Below, piece after piece: positions 1-7,499 of a stretch of 38,519 nucleotides of DNA (positions are counted from its first letter, which is position 1; each line of letters starts with the position of its first letter). The translations under genes and the position numbers were made by a program. The notes beneath the pieces were generated by a model. It was not told where the DNA came from and did no database searches. It saw only the letters and a program-made list of their open reading frames with translations. The stretch comes from Thermodesulfobacteriota bacterium (GTDB taxonomy: Bacteria; Desulfobacterota; Desulfobacteria; Desulfobacterales; SURF-7): assembly GCA_049320885.1 (NCBI GenBank), contig JBMORA010000067.1, forward strand, positions 1 to 38,519, in the 5' to 3' direction.

Positions 1-1
1 C

Positions 2-370
2 GATGCGGTGGGAGGAAAAAAGTCCGGGGATCTGGGACAGATAGGCCGGGATATAGTCGATCTTGCCCTCGAAGGCCGCCTTGCGCAGGGGCTGGCTGAT
101 GAAAAACAGCTTGAGGGCGAACCGCTTCAGGAAGGCTGGCTCATGAACGAACCGGGCCAGGGCGATGGAAAGCATCTGGTACAGGGTGATGTCCTGCAGG
201 CTTTCCGTGGCCACCATGGTTTCGATCAGGTGGCGGGGCTCGCCGCATCCGGTACCGATGAAGACGCGGCTGCCCCGCTTGATTTGTGACAGGGCGGCTC
301 GGGCGCTAACGACTTTGTGCCGGTAGCAATCCTCCGTCGGCGGGGTAGTGGAGTTTGGATTGTTTGGCAT
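2..370 (-). CDS. Acetyl-CoA hydrolase/CoA-transferase family protein, N-terminal part (runs off the window start)
   Basis: Absent from the ORF track because there is no stop in the window. Manual translation from ATG 370 gives MPNNPNSTTPPTEDCYRHKVVSARAALSQIKRGSRVFIGTGCGEPRHLI...RKAAFEGKIDYIPAYLSQIPGLF, matching the family N-terminus (IxxGxRVFxGxGxxEP; R..V..G..DYIP..LS.IP). The start codon is uncertain. Confidence 0.8.
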   Translation of the reverse strand, partial: MPNNPNSTTPPTEDCYRHKVVSARAALSQIKRGSRVFIGTGCGEPRHLIETMVATESLQDITLYQMLSIALARFVHEPAFLKRFALKLFFISQPLRKAAFEGKIDYIPAYLSQIPGLFSSHRI

Positions 371-1646
371 CTTGGCGATGAATCGGTCGTTTCGTCTTCC
401 GGGCCAGCAGGATGCCGAGGATCAGCAGGCCGCCTGAAATATAGAATGCATAGTCCAGGCTGCCGGTGAGGTCCTCGATGGTTCCTCCCAATTTGGCCAT
501 GAAGAATCCGCATCCCCAGCCGATGAAAACCAGACCGTAATTTATTCCCAGGTTTTTGGAACCGTAATAATCGGCGGTGAAGGACGGCAGCAGGGAAAGG
601 CCGCCGCCGTACTGCCAGTAGGCAATGCCGACCACGAGAAACAACAAGGGTATATTTTTCATGGAAATGACCCAGGGCAGGGCAAACAGACAGGCCGCCG
701 AAACGGCGCTGTTCAGGCAATAAGCGTTCAGCCGGCCGATTTTGTCGGAATACATTCCGGTGCCGACCCGTCCGCCGGCATTGACCAGACCGCCGTAGGA
801 TACGATGATCCAGGCGTTGGCGGCCAGGAAGGCGATGCTGTTGCCTGCATCCTGAAGCAGGCCGGCCGCATTGGCGATGATCAGCAGGCCGGATTGGGTG
901 CTGATGACAAACAGCAGGAACAGGGCGTAAAACTGCCAGGTTTTAAGCATTTCCCCGGCCGTCCAATTGCGTTCGTCGGTCCTTTTTCCGCCCGGATCCA
1001 CCGGCGTCGGCGGTACATATCCTTTGGGCGGGGTGAACAGAAGCTGACTGGCGATGACCACCACCACCGCGAAACCGATGCCGAGTCCGACGAAGCTCCC
1101 GGTGATGCCGTATTGATCGATCAGGTATTGCCCCAAGGCGCCGATGTAAATGGCGGCTCCGCCGTAACCGGCCACCACGATGCCCGCCACCATACCGCGG
1201 CGTTTATGGCCGAACCATTTGAGAGCCGCGGGGGTCGGCGCGGCATATCCCAGTCCCATGCCGATGCCGCCGATGATTCCGAAACCGATGATCAGTCCGG
1301 CGTAGCTTTTCATCAGGCCCGCGATGATGCAACCCAGGGCCAGCAGCAGGCCGCCCAGGGTGGCTCCCAGGCGGGGACTGAATTTGTCCTGGATACGTCC
1401 ACCAGGCACCATCATCAGGGCAAAAATGATCACGCACAGGGAAAAGGGGGTCGAGGCCTGGGCGTTGGTGAGATAGGTCCAGCCTGCGTTGATGCCGGTC
1501 ATGGGTTGGCCTGCCATGTCAATGTTGACCAGCGCTTTTTTCCAGATGCTCCAGGCGTACAGGATGCCCAGGCAAAGATTGACGGCGGTGCCGGCGAAAG
1601 TGGTGATCCAGGCTTTCGCCGGCGCCTTGGGAATGGTTTCTGACAT
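306..1646 (-). CDS. MFS transporter, oxalate/formate antiporter (OFA) family
   Basis: 446 aa with about 12 hydrophobic segments. Motifs GILYAWS, GGRIQDKFSPR, GGIGMGLGY, GRVGTGMYSDKIGR, YGSKNLGINYG. AGGAG RBS upstream. Confidence 0.9.
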   Translation of the reverse strand: MSETIPKAPAKAWITTFAGTAVNLCLGILYAWSIWKKALVNIDMAGQPMTGINAGWTYLTNAQASTPFSLCVIIFALMMVPGGRIQDKFSPRLGATLGGLLLALGCIIAGLMKSYAGLIIGFGIIGGIGMGLGYAAPTPAALKWFGHKRRGMVAGIVVAGYGGAAIYIGALGQYLIDQYGITGSFVGLGIGFAVVVVIASQLLFTPPKGYVPPTPVDPGGKRTDERNWTAGEMLKTWQFYALFLLFVISTQSGLLIIANAAGLLQDAGNSIAFLAANAWIIVSYGGLVNAGGRVGTGMYSDKIGRLNAYCLNSAVSAACLFALPWVISMKNIPLLFLVVGIAYWQYGGGLSLLPSFTADYYGSKNLGINYGLVFIGWGCGFFMAKLGGTIEDLTGSLDYAFYISGGLLILGILLARKTKRPIHRQDAKQSKLHYPADGGLLPAQSR

Positions 1647-1737
1647 GTTTCGGCTCCTTATTATTCCTAATCGTTTATTGTTGTTTCCTGCTTTTCATCT
1701 TTGCTTTTTTCAAAGCCTCCGATGGATAAAAGAGCCG

Positions 1738-1765
1738 ATTATACGCAAAAAATTCCCGGTGTCAA
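1738..1765 (-). promoter_or_regulatory. Sigma70-type promoter for the MFS transporter
   Basis: Minus strand TTGACA (1765-1760), 16-bp spacer, TATAAT (1743-1738). Both boxes are perfect consensus, about 90 bp upstream of the ATG. Confidence 0.75.
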
Positions 1766-1778
1766 TTGGACAACGATT

Positions 1779-1806
1779 TCAGATCTCAAATGTCAAATGT
1801 CAAATC
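1779..1806. repeat. Heptamer tandem repeat TCARATS x4
   Basis: tcagatc-tcaaatg-tcaaatg-tcaaatc, lying between the CoA-transferase beta stop and the MFS promoter. Confidence 0.8.
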
Positions 1807-1818
1807 TGATCTTTTTCC

Positions 1819-2586
1819 TTATCGTCCGATCACATAGCGATAGGGATCGATTTCTTCCCGCAACAGGCGCAGCTCCTCGTCGGTGGGCGGCGGCGTCTTG
1901 GCGATGGATGCCGCCTGCAGCAGCTCGAAGGAGCAATTCTCCTGGATATCCTTGAGGGAATATCCCGGATGGATGGAGATCACCCGCATGCGTTTGGAAA
2001 CCGGCTCGAAATCCATGATGGCCATGTTGGTGATGATCTTGTATGGCCCGCTGTTCAGCGGCAGGCCGGACTTGGCTCTGGAATCACCGCCCTGCAGCCA
2101 CCCGGGGGTGGTCAGGAAATCGACTTTTTCCACAAAACGCCGACTGTCCTGGGGGGTCATGACCATCATCCGCCAGCAGAAGGAAGCGAAATCGTTGGCC
2201 CCGCCGCTGCCGGGAAACCGGACCTTGGGTTTGGCATGATCGCCGATGACGGTGGAATTCAGGTTGCCGTACATATCGATCTGGGCGCCGCCGAGAAAGG
2301 TGTAATCCACGAAGCCACGGGAGCAGGCCTCCATGATGTCGTTCATGCTGCCGGCCATGGCGGCCTTGTAGAAGGTCCGCGAGTCGCCGACGGAAATCGG
2401 CATCTCCGGAAGAATGGGACTGACGCCGCCGGCCTCAAACATGATGACCAGATCCGGTGCTGCTGTTTTCTGGGCCAGCATGGCCGCCGCGCAAGGCGCG
2501 CCGGTGCCTACACCCACGGTCGCGCCGTTTTCGAGCTCCCTGGCCGCGACGCTGATCATGAGTTCCATTGCATTGTATTCTGTCAC
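1819..2586 (-). CDS. Family I CoA-transferase beta subunit (GctB/PcaJ-like)
   Basis: VGVGTGAP; IMFEAG, whose Glu sits at the position of the GctB catalytic Glu; FLGGAQIDMYGNLNST; RFPGSGGANDFAS; FVEKVDFLTTPG. Overlaps the alpha subunit stop by 4 bp. Confidence 0.9.
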   Translation of the reverse strand: MTEYNAMELMISVAARELENGATVGVGTGAPCAAAMLAQKTAAPDLVIMFEAGGVSPILPEMPISVGDSRTFYKAAMAGSMNDIMEACSRGFVDYTFLGGAQIDMYGNLNSTVIGDHAKPKVRFPGSGGANDFASFCWRMMVMTPQDSRRFVEKVDFLTTPGWLQGGDSRAKSGLPLNSGPYKIITNMAIMDFEPVSKRMRVISIHPGYSLKDIQENCSFELLQAASIAKTPPPTDEELRLLREEIDPYRYVIGR

Positions 2587-3578
2587 GACGCTACCTCCTT
2601 GGATAAAAGCAGTTCCTTGGCCCTCAGTTCCCTCATTTTGGCCGCTCCGCCGTTTCTGGCGATGTATTCGTCATGATCGGCGCAACCGTAAATGTTTTTC
2701 TCCAGGAAGGCCTTGAATTTTTCCGGATCCTTTTCGACGGTCAGCCATTCCCGCAGGTGGGCTTCATCGGAAAAATATTCATAAGGCATGGTTCCCGGAT
2801 AGGCGCCGCCGGGGACCTCGCAGACGGCGTCCACCAGAAAATAGGGGATCCGCGTGGCTGTCGGATCCCTGCGGATTTCATCGCCCGGGATCAATCGTTC
2901 AGTGGTGATGATGAGTTTTTTCGAGGCATTGGCCAGATCCACGTCGGCCACGGCGATCCCTTTGAAACGGGCATTGCCGAAGACATCCGCTTCATGGACG
3001 TGAATGACCGAGACATCCGGATACAACGCCGGCATCAGAACGACTTTTTTCCCGGTATAGGGGCATTCAACGGTTTTGGCGGCGCTGTACGCAAGCGTGT
3101 CGGTACCCATGACATTCCGGATGGGCACGAACGGCACGCCCATGGCGGCTGCTCGCAGCCGGGCGGCCAGGCTGTAATTGGTCCATTCGGTGACCTTGAC
3201 TTTGCCGCTTTCCATGTACTTCCGGGAGCAGGTGGACAGACCGCGGGCCTCCAGGCCGATGACATAGGCCACATCGATGCGATCATACACTTCGCCGGCG
3301 CTGAGGATCTCCATGTCATGGGTGGAGGTGTGCCCGGCGAATCCCAGGTGTTTCTTTTTCTGACGGACTATTTCATGACAGGCGGCGATGGGCGTCCGGT
3401 TGGCGCCGAATCCGCCGATGGCCAGATAATCTCCGTCCTGAACGAGCTTGGCGATGGCGTCTTTCAGGTCCATCACCTTGTTGGTCAGTTTTCGATTTTT
3501 TGTCCGGAAAAATTCCCGCGCCTTGTCCGGGTCCGGGTCTAAAAACAGTTCTCCTCGGCCTTGATCGATGATATTCAA
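2583..3578 (-). CDS. Family I CoA-transferase alpha subunit (GctA/PcaI-like)
   Basis: KVMDLKDAIAKLVQDGDYLAIGGF, RLRAAAMGVPF, CPYTG, PDVSVIHVHEADVFGN, IPYFLVDAVCEVPGGAYP. Start reassigned to TTG at 3578, downstream of AAGGAGG; the ORF-track start at 3725 overlaps the upstream gene. Confidence 0.88.
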   Translation of the reverse strand: MNIIDQGRGELFLDPDPDKAREFFRTKNRKLTNKVMDLKDAIAKLVQDGDYLAIGGFGANRTPIAACHEIVRQKKKHLGFAGHTSTHDMEILSAGEVYDRIDVAYVIGLEARGLSTCSRKYMESGKVKVTEWTNYSLAARLRAAAMGVPFVPIRNVMGTDTLAYSAAKTVECPYTGKKVVLMPALYPDVSVIHVHEADVFGNARFKGIAVADVDLANASKKLIITTERLIPGDEIRRDPTATRIPYFLVDAVCEVPGGAYPGTMPYEYFSDEAHLREWLTVEKDPEKFKAFLEKNIYGCADHDEYIARNGGAAKMRELRAKELLLSKEVAS

Positions 3579-3637
3579 AGGTCTTTCCTCCTTTTGTTGC
3601 CTTGTTTCATTCCGAATCAGGGGGATCCCGCCGGGAA

Positions 3638-4498
3638 TTATCGATTCCTGATCCCCATGATTTTTCTGGCCTCGGCCGGAGTGGCCGGCGTGCGATCCAG
3701 AATTTCGGCGATGCGCACGGCCCATTCCACCAGCTCGTAGCTGCCCTTGGCCAGTTCGCCTTTGGGCGTACGCACGTTGTCTTCCAGTCCCACGCGCATG
3801 TGTCCGCCCATGATGCAGGACTGCATGATGGCCGGGAATTCATCGTTGCCGACGCCGCAGGTGGTGAAATTGCAGTTGGACGGCAGGGCGTTCACCAGGG
3901 TGGTAAAGGCTTCCGGCCGGAAACGCTGACCGCCGGCCACACCCCAGACAAAATTGAAATTGACCGGGTCGCTGAAGATCCCCTGTTTGGCGATCAACAG
4001 AAAATTGTCGAGCCCGCCGATGTCGTAGATTTCCGCCTCTGGTTTGACACCGTTTTCTTCCATGGCCTTGCCGAAATTCTGCAGCATGGTGAACGTGTTT
4101 TCAAAGATGTAATCGATCATGACCTGACCGGTTTTGCGGTCGACGATGGCGAAATTCATGGTGTTGGTATTGAGGGAGGCCATCTCGGGCTTGATTTCTA
4201 TGATCTGGGTGATCCGCTGCTCGGCGGTTTTGCCCATGCCCACCGCGGAACTCAAATTGACGATCAGTTCAGGGGTTTTGTTGCGAATGGCGTCATAGGT
4301 TTCCCGGATGCGGGCCACCTCATGGGTCGGCATGCCGTCATCCATTCTGGCATGGACATGAACCATGGCCGCGCCGGCTTTGTAGCATTTTGCGGCTTCT
4401 TCGGCAAACTCCTGGGGGGTATAGGGAACCGCCGGATTGTTGTTCTTGAAGGTTCCCGCGCCGGACAAGGCTGCTGTGATGATAACTGGGTTTGACAT
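3638..4498 (-). CDS. Beta-keto acid cleavage enzyme (BKACE/DUF849; 3-keto-5-aminohexanoate cleavage enzyme family)
   Basis: VIITAALSGA, NPAVPYTPQE, GAAMVHVHAR (Zn-binding HxH), PEMASLN, KPEAEIYD, GGHMRVGLED, ATPAEARKIMG. ATG 4498 follows GGAGG. Confidence 0.92.
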   Translation of the reverse strand: MSNPVIITAALSGAGTFKNNNPAVPYTPQEFAEEAAKCYKAGAAMVHVHARMDDGMPTHEVARIRETYDAIRNKTPELIVNLSSAVGMGKTAEQRITQIIEIKPEMASLNTNTMNFAIVDRKTGQVMIDYIFENTFTMLQNFGKAMEENGVKPEAEIYDIGGLDNFLLIAKQGIFSDPVNFNFVWGVAGGQRFRPEAFTTLVNALPSNCNFTTCGVGNDEFPAIMQSCIMGGHMRVGLEDNVRTPKGELAKGSYELVEWAVRIAEILDRTPATPAEARKIMGIRNR

Positions 4499-4645
4499 GT
4501 TGCACCTCCATTTTGGATATATGTAGCATTTTTTCATTCATGATTGCCGTCGTATTCCCGTCGGTATCATCTTCCTGCCGCCATTGCCATATGCCAACCG
4601 CCGGGCTTTTCCTGCAACATCGTCGCTGAATTGCAGATGCGAATC

Positions 4646-4674
4646 TCAATATCCGAGGAAATGAAAAATGTCAA
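4646..4674 (-). promoter_or_regulatory. Possible sigma70 promoter for the kce/CoA-transferase arm
   Basis: Minus strand TTGACA (4674-4669), 17-bp spacer, weak -10 TATTGA (4651-4646). Confidence 0.4.
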
Positions 4675-4700
4675 TATGAAAAATAACAAATTTTTTTTTG

Positions 4701-4736
4701 TGAATATAATTTTAGTACTGAATTAAATTCTTTTAG
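4701..4736. promoter_or_regulatory. Putative operator array 1 (TGAAT-N3-ATT boxes, 18-bp period)
   Basis: tgaatataatttt at 4701 and tgaattaaattct at 4719, within an AT-rich block. Confidence 0.55.
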
Positions 4737-4919
4737 CGAACATATCGAAGAGGACAACGGCGGTGGGCAGTCCGGGGATGACGTTTTCCAGGGGTGTCGG
4801 CGGGTGCCCGGCCGGGGGACCGGGGAGCACGACAAGAAAATAACTATAATAAATAATAGTATTTATTTTCATATTGGCTGGACTGGAGTGGTGGATGAAG
4901 AAAAAACTTGACTTTGTTT

Positions 4920-4948
4920 TTGAATAGAATTATTAACATGAATATAAT
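4920..4948 (+). promoter_or_regulatory. Sigma70-type promoter for the large catabolic operon
   Basis: TTGAAT (4920-4925), 17-bp spacer, TATAAT (4943-4948). An alternative -35 TTGACT lies at 4908-4913. Confidence 0.6.
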
Positions 4949-4972
4949 TTTGTTTGTGAATAAATATACGGT
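4921..4972. promoter_or_regulatory. Putative operator array 2 (three TGAAT boxes, 18-bp period)
   Basis: TGAAT at 4921, 4939 and 4957. The 4939 box is identical over 13 bp (TGAATATAATTTT) to the 4701 box. The array overlaps the predicted -35, -10 and start site. Confidence 0.6.
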
Positions 4973-5072
4973 TTCAAGTTGCGCGCCCCGGGGGTTCTGA
5001 CAAGAAATGATCTGCAATCGCCTGTGCCAAGGATATGCAATTCCTGTCTCCTTCGGTGGGGCGCAACTTGAA
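4973..5072 (+). other. ~100-nt extended hairpin in the 5' leader (possible structured RNA)
   Basis: Perfect 12-bp outer arms TTCAAGTTGCGC/GCGCAACTTGAA. Nested stems CCGGGGG/CCTTCGG (two G-U pairs), GACAAGAA/TTCCTGTC (one mismatch) and TGCA/TGCA. Confidence 0.6.
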
Positions 5073-5168
5073 TTTATCATCCGGTGAATATGCCGGGCGC
5101 TGAATGTGTCGGGACGGCGCCGATACCGGACGCAACAACGGATCGTCAATCAAGAACGGGAGAGGCCA

Positions 5169-6311
5169 ATGGATTTTGCATTTACCAAAGAACAACTGAT
5201 GTTCAAAAAAGAGGTTATCCGGTTTGCCAAGAAGGAAATCGTACCCCGGGTCCAGGAACATGATTTGAACAAGGAGTTTGATTTCGAATCGTTCCGGAAG
5301 CTCGGCGAGTTCGGAATACTGGGGTTGCATTTTCCGGAAGAACTCGGCGGGGGCGGCGCGGATGTCATCACCACCGTTCTGGCCGGTGAGGCCCTCGGTG
5401 AGGCCGGCGTGGACGGCGGCCTGACCCTGGCGCTGGGCGCCCATACCTTTCTGTGCGCGGACACGTTGTACCGGCATGCCACGGAAGAGCAGCGGAAAAA
5501 ATACATTCCCAAGCTGGCCAGCGGGGAATGGATCGGTTGCATGGGGCTTACCGAGCCGGATGCCGGCTCCGATGTGGCCTCCATGAAAACCATCGCGGAA
5601 AAAAAGGGCGATAACTATATACTGAACGGCAGCAAGATTTTTATCACCAACGGTCCCATCGCGGATGTGGCGGTGATTTATGCCAAAACCAATCCTGAAA
5701 TGAAGCATGCCGGGATTTCCGCCTTCATTGTTGAAAAAGGGACCCCGGGTTTTTCCTCCGGACCCAACATCATCAAGATGGGGGTGCGCACCTCCCAGAC
5801 CTCAGAGCTGTTTCTGAACAATTGCGAAATACCCGCCGGAAATCTGCTGGGTAAAGAAGGGGACGGCTTCAACATGTCCATGCAGACGGTGGAATGGGAC
5901 CGCAGCGCGTTGCTGGCTCCGTTCGTCGGCGCTTCCACGTTCATGCTGAAACGCTGTGCCGAATATGCCAAGGGACGGGTGCAGTTCGGCCGTTCCATCG
6001 GCCAATTCCAGGCCGTCAAGCACAAGCTGGCCAATATCCGGATATTCGCCGAGGCGGCCCGTTCGCTGGTGTACCGCATCGCCTGGTGCAAGGACCAGGG
6101 GCGGCCGCTGAACCATCTGGAGGCGGCGGTGGCCAAACTGTTCGTGGGTGACTGGAGCATGGCTCCCGCCAACGACGCCGTGGTTCTGCATGGCGGTTAC
6201 GGCTATTGCCATGAGTATGATATGGAACGGATTTTCCGTGACAGCCGCCTGGCGCCCATCGGCGGGGGAACATCCGATATTCAGAAAATGATCATCTCCA
6301 AGCTAATCTAA
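5169..6311 (+). CDS. Acyl-CoA dehydrogenase (ACAD-1)
   Basis: GCMGLTEPDAGSD, LNGSKIFITNG, KMGVRTS, RVQFGRSIGQFQAV, HGGYGY, RDSRLAPIGGGTSDIQ. ATG 5169 follows GGAGAGG. Confidence 0.93.
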   Translation: MDFAFTKEQLMFKKEVIRFAKKEIVPRVQEHDLNKEFDFESFRKLGEFGILGLHFPEELGGGGADVITTVLAGEALGEAGVDGGLTLALGAHTFLCADTLYRHATEEQRKKYIPKLASGEWIGCMGLTEPDAGSDVASMKTIAEKKGDNYILNGSKIFITNGPIADVAVIYAKTNPEMKHAGISAFIVEKGTPGFSSGPNIIKMGVRTSQTSELFLNNCEIPAGNLLGKEGDGFNMSMQTVEWDRSALLAPFVGASTFMLKRCAEYAKGRVQFGRSIGQFQAVKHKLANIRIFAEAARSLVYRIAWCKDQGRPLNHLEAAVAKLFVGDWSMAPANDAVVLHGGYGYCHEYDMERIFRDSRLAPIGGGTSDIQKMIISKLI

Positions 6312-6359
6312 CTGCGGCGGGAACAGTATTATCCGCCGGGGAGAATCAGGGGGAAACCG

Positions 6360-7499
6360 ATGAATTACGATTTCAACAATCAGGAATTACAATTGTTTGT
6401 TCAGTTGCAGGAAATGATGCAAGCCTATACGGCGGCAGCCGATCCGGAGAAAGGCGATGTCGCCGCCGTGGAGCGGACGGTTCGGGGAGCGCTGGCCCGC
6501 CTGGGGGAAACGCCCTATTTGAATCTGGGACTTCTGCCCCAGGCGGGTTATAACGGAATGCTCACACTCATGGGGGCCATGGAAGTGCTGGCCGGTTTGT
6601 CGCCCTCGCTGTTCCTTTCCGTTGAGATGAGCACCCGGGTTTTCGGGCGGATGGTCCAGGCCTGGGGGGATCCGGATCAAAAAACCAAATGGATGGCGCC
6701 GCTGACGGCCGGCCGGCTGATCGGGGCCGTGGGGCTTTCCGAGGAGGCCATGAACGTGGAGAACGAGGCTCTGAAAACAACGGGCTCCCCGGATGGCGAC
6801 GGCGTGGTGATCAACGGTCGCAAACAATATGTGATTAACGGCCCCATCGCCGACTGGTTGGCGGTGGCGGGTGTCATGGACGGCAGGAACGCCTTGTTCC
6901 TGGTGGAAAAGAACACGAAAGGACTGGTGCTGGAAGAACGGCTGGCCACCCTGGGATATGAAGGGGCCGCCATCTGCAATATCCGGCTGGAAAATTGCCG
7001 GATTCCGAAAAACCAGGTGGTGATCCCGGCCGAGGACCGCGCCGGTCTTGATCGGATCCGCCTGTGGGAAAACCAGGTCATTCTGGGGGCCAGCATCGGA
7101 CTCATGAAATCCGCTTTCGAGGCGGCCAGAAATTACGCCAAGACCCATAAAAGCGGGGGAAAGCCCGTCATCGCCTTCCAGGAAGTCGGATTCAAGCTGT
7201 CCGAGATGCTGACCCTGACGCAGACGTCGCAGCTGTTTGCCTACCGGGCGGCCTGGACCGCGGAAGACAATCCCAAAGAAGCGGAATCCATTACCCTCTG
7301 CGCCAAGGTGTTCTGCACCGAAGCGGCGGAGCAGGTGGCCGGCAATGCCCTGCAGATACTTTCCGGAGCGGGATATCTGACCGGCAATGCGGTGGAAAGG
7401 GCTTACCGGTGCGCTAAATACGGGCAGATCGCGGGCACTTCGACGGAGATCGCCCGGGTGAAAATCGGTGACGATGCGCTGGGAGCCCGGGCTGCGTGA
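6360..7499 (+). CDS. Acyl-CoA dehydrogenase-like protein, degenerate (possible partner subunit of ACAD-1)
   Basis: ACAD-like motifs in altered form: GAVGLSEE, INGRKQYVING, GKPVIAFQEV, LQILSGAGY, VERAYRCAK, GTSTEIAR. Confidence 0.85.
   Translation: MNYDFNNQELQLFVQLQEMMQAYTAAADPEKGDVAAVERTVRGALARLGETPYLNLGLLPQAGYNGMLTLMGAMEVLAGLSPSLFLSVEMSTRVFGRMVQAWGDPDQKTKWMAPLTAGRLIGAVGLSEEAMNVENEALKTTGSPDGDGVVINGRKQYVINGPIADWLAVAGVMDGRNALFLVEKNTKGLVLEERLATLGYEGAAICNIRLENCRIPKNQVVIPAEDRAGLDRIRLWENQVILGASIGLMKSAFEAARNYAKTHKSGGKPVIAFQEVGFKLSEMLTLTQTSQLFAYRAAWTAEDNPKEAESITLCAKVFCTEAAEQVAGNALQILSGAGYLTGNAVERAYRCAKYGQIAGTSTEIARVKIGDDALGARAA

Noticed and set aside
8..289. 93-aa plus-strand ORF
   Set aside because: Antisense to the acetyl-CoA hydrolase/transferase frame, which has clear family motifs.
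1819..3578. IpdAB steroid ring-cleaving hydrolase
   Set aside because: The beta subunit keeps the GctB-type catalytic Glu (FEAG), and no ipdC or other ring-degradation genes are recognisable.
3579..3725. N-terminal extension of the CoA-transferase alpha ORF (likewise extended starts at 5106, 8729, 15287, 30542, 30840, 31140, 32041)
   Set aside because: These extensions overlap neighbouring genes or non-coding elements, whereas the downstream starts coincide with RBSs and/or the start of family similarity.
5012..5030. Sigma54-like TTGGCAC...TTGCA on the minus strand
   Set aside because: GG-to-GC spacing is 11 bp rather than the strict 10, and the sequence is explained by the leader hairpin.
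4544..5149. Short ORFs in the divergent intergenic region (4544-4726 +, 4844-5149 -)
   Set aside because: No RBS or motifs, and the composition reflects AT-rich promoter DNA.
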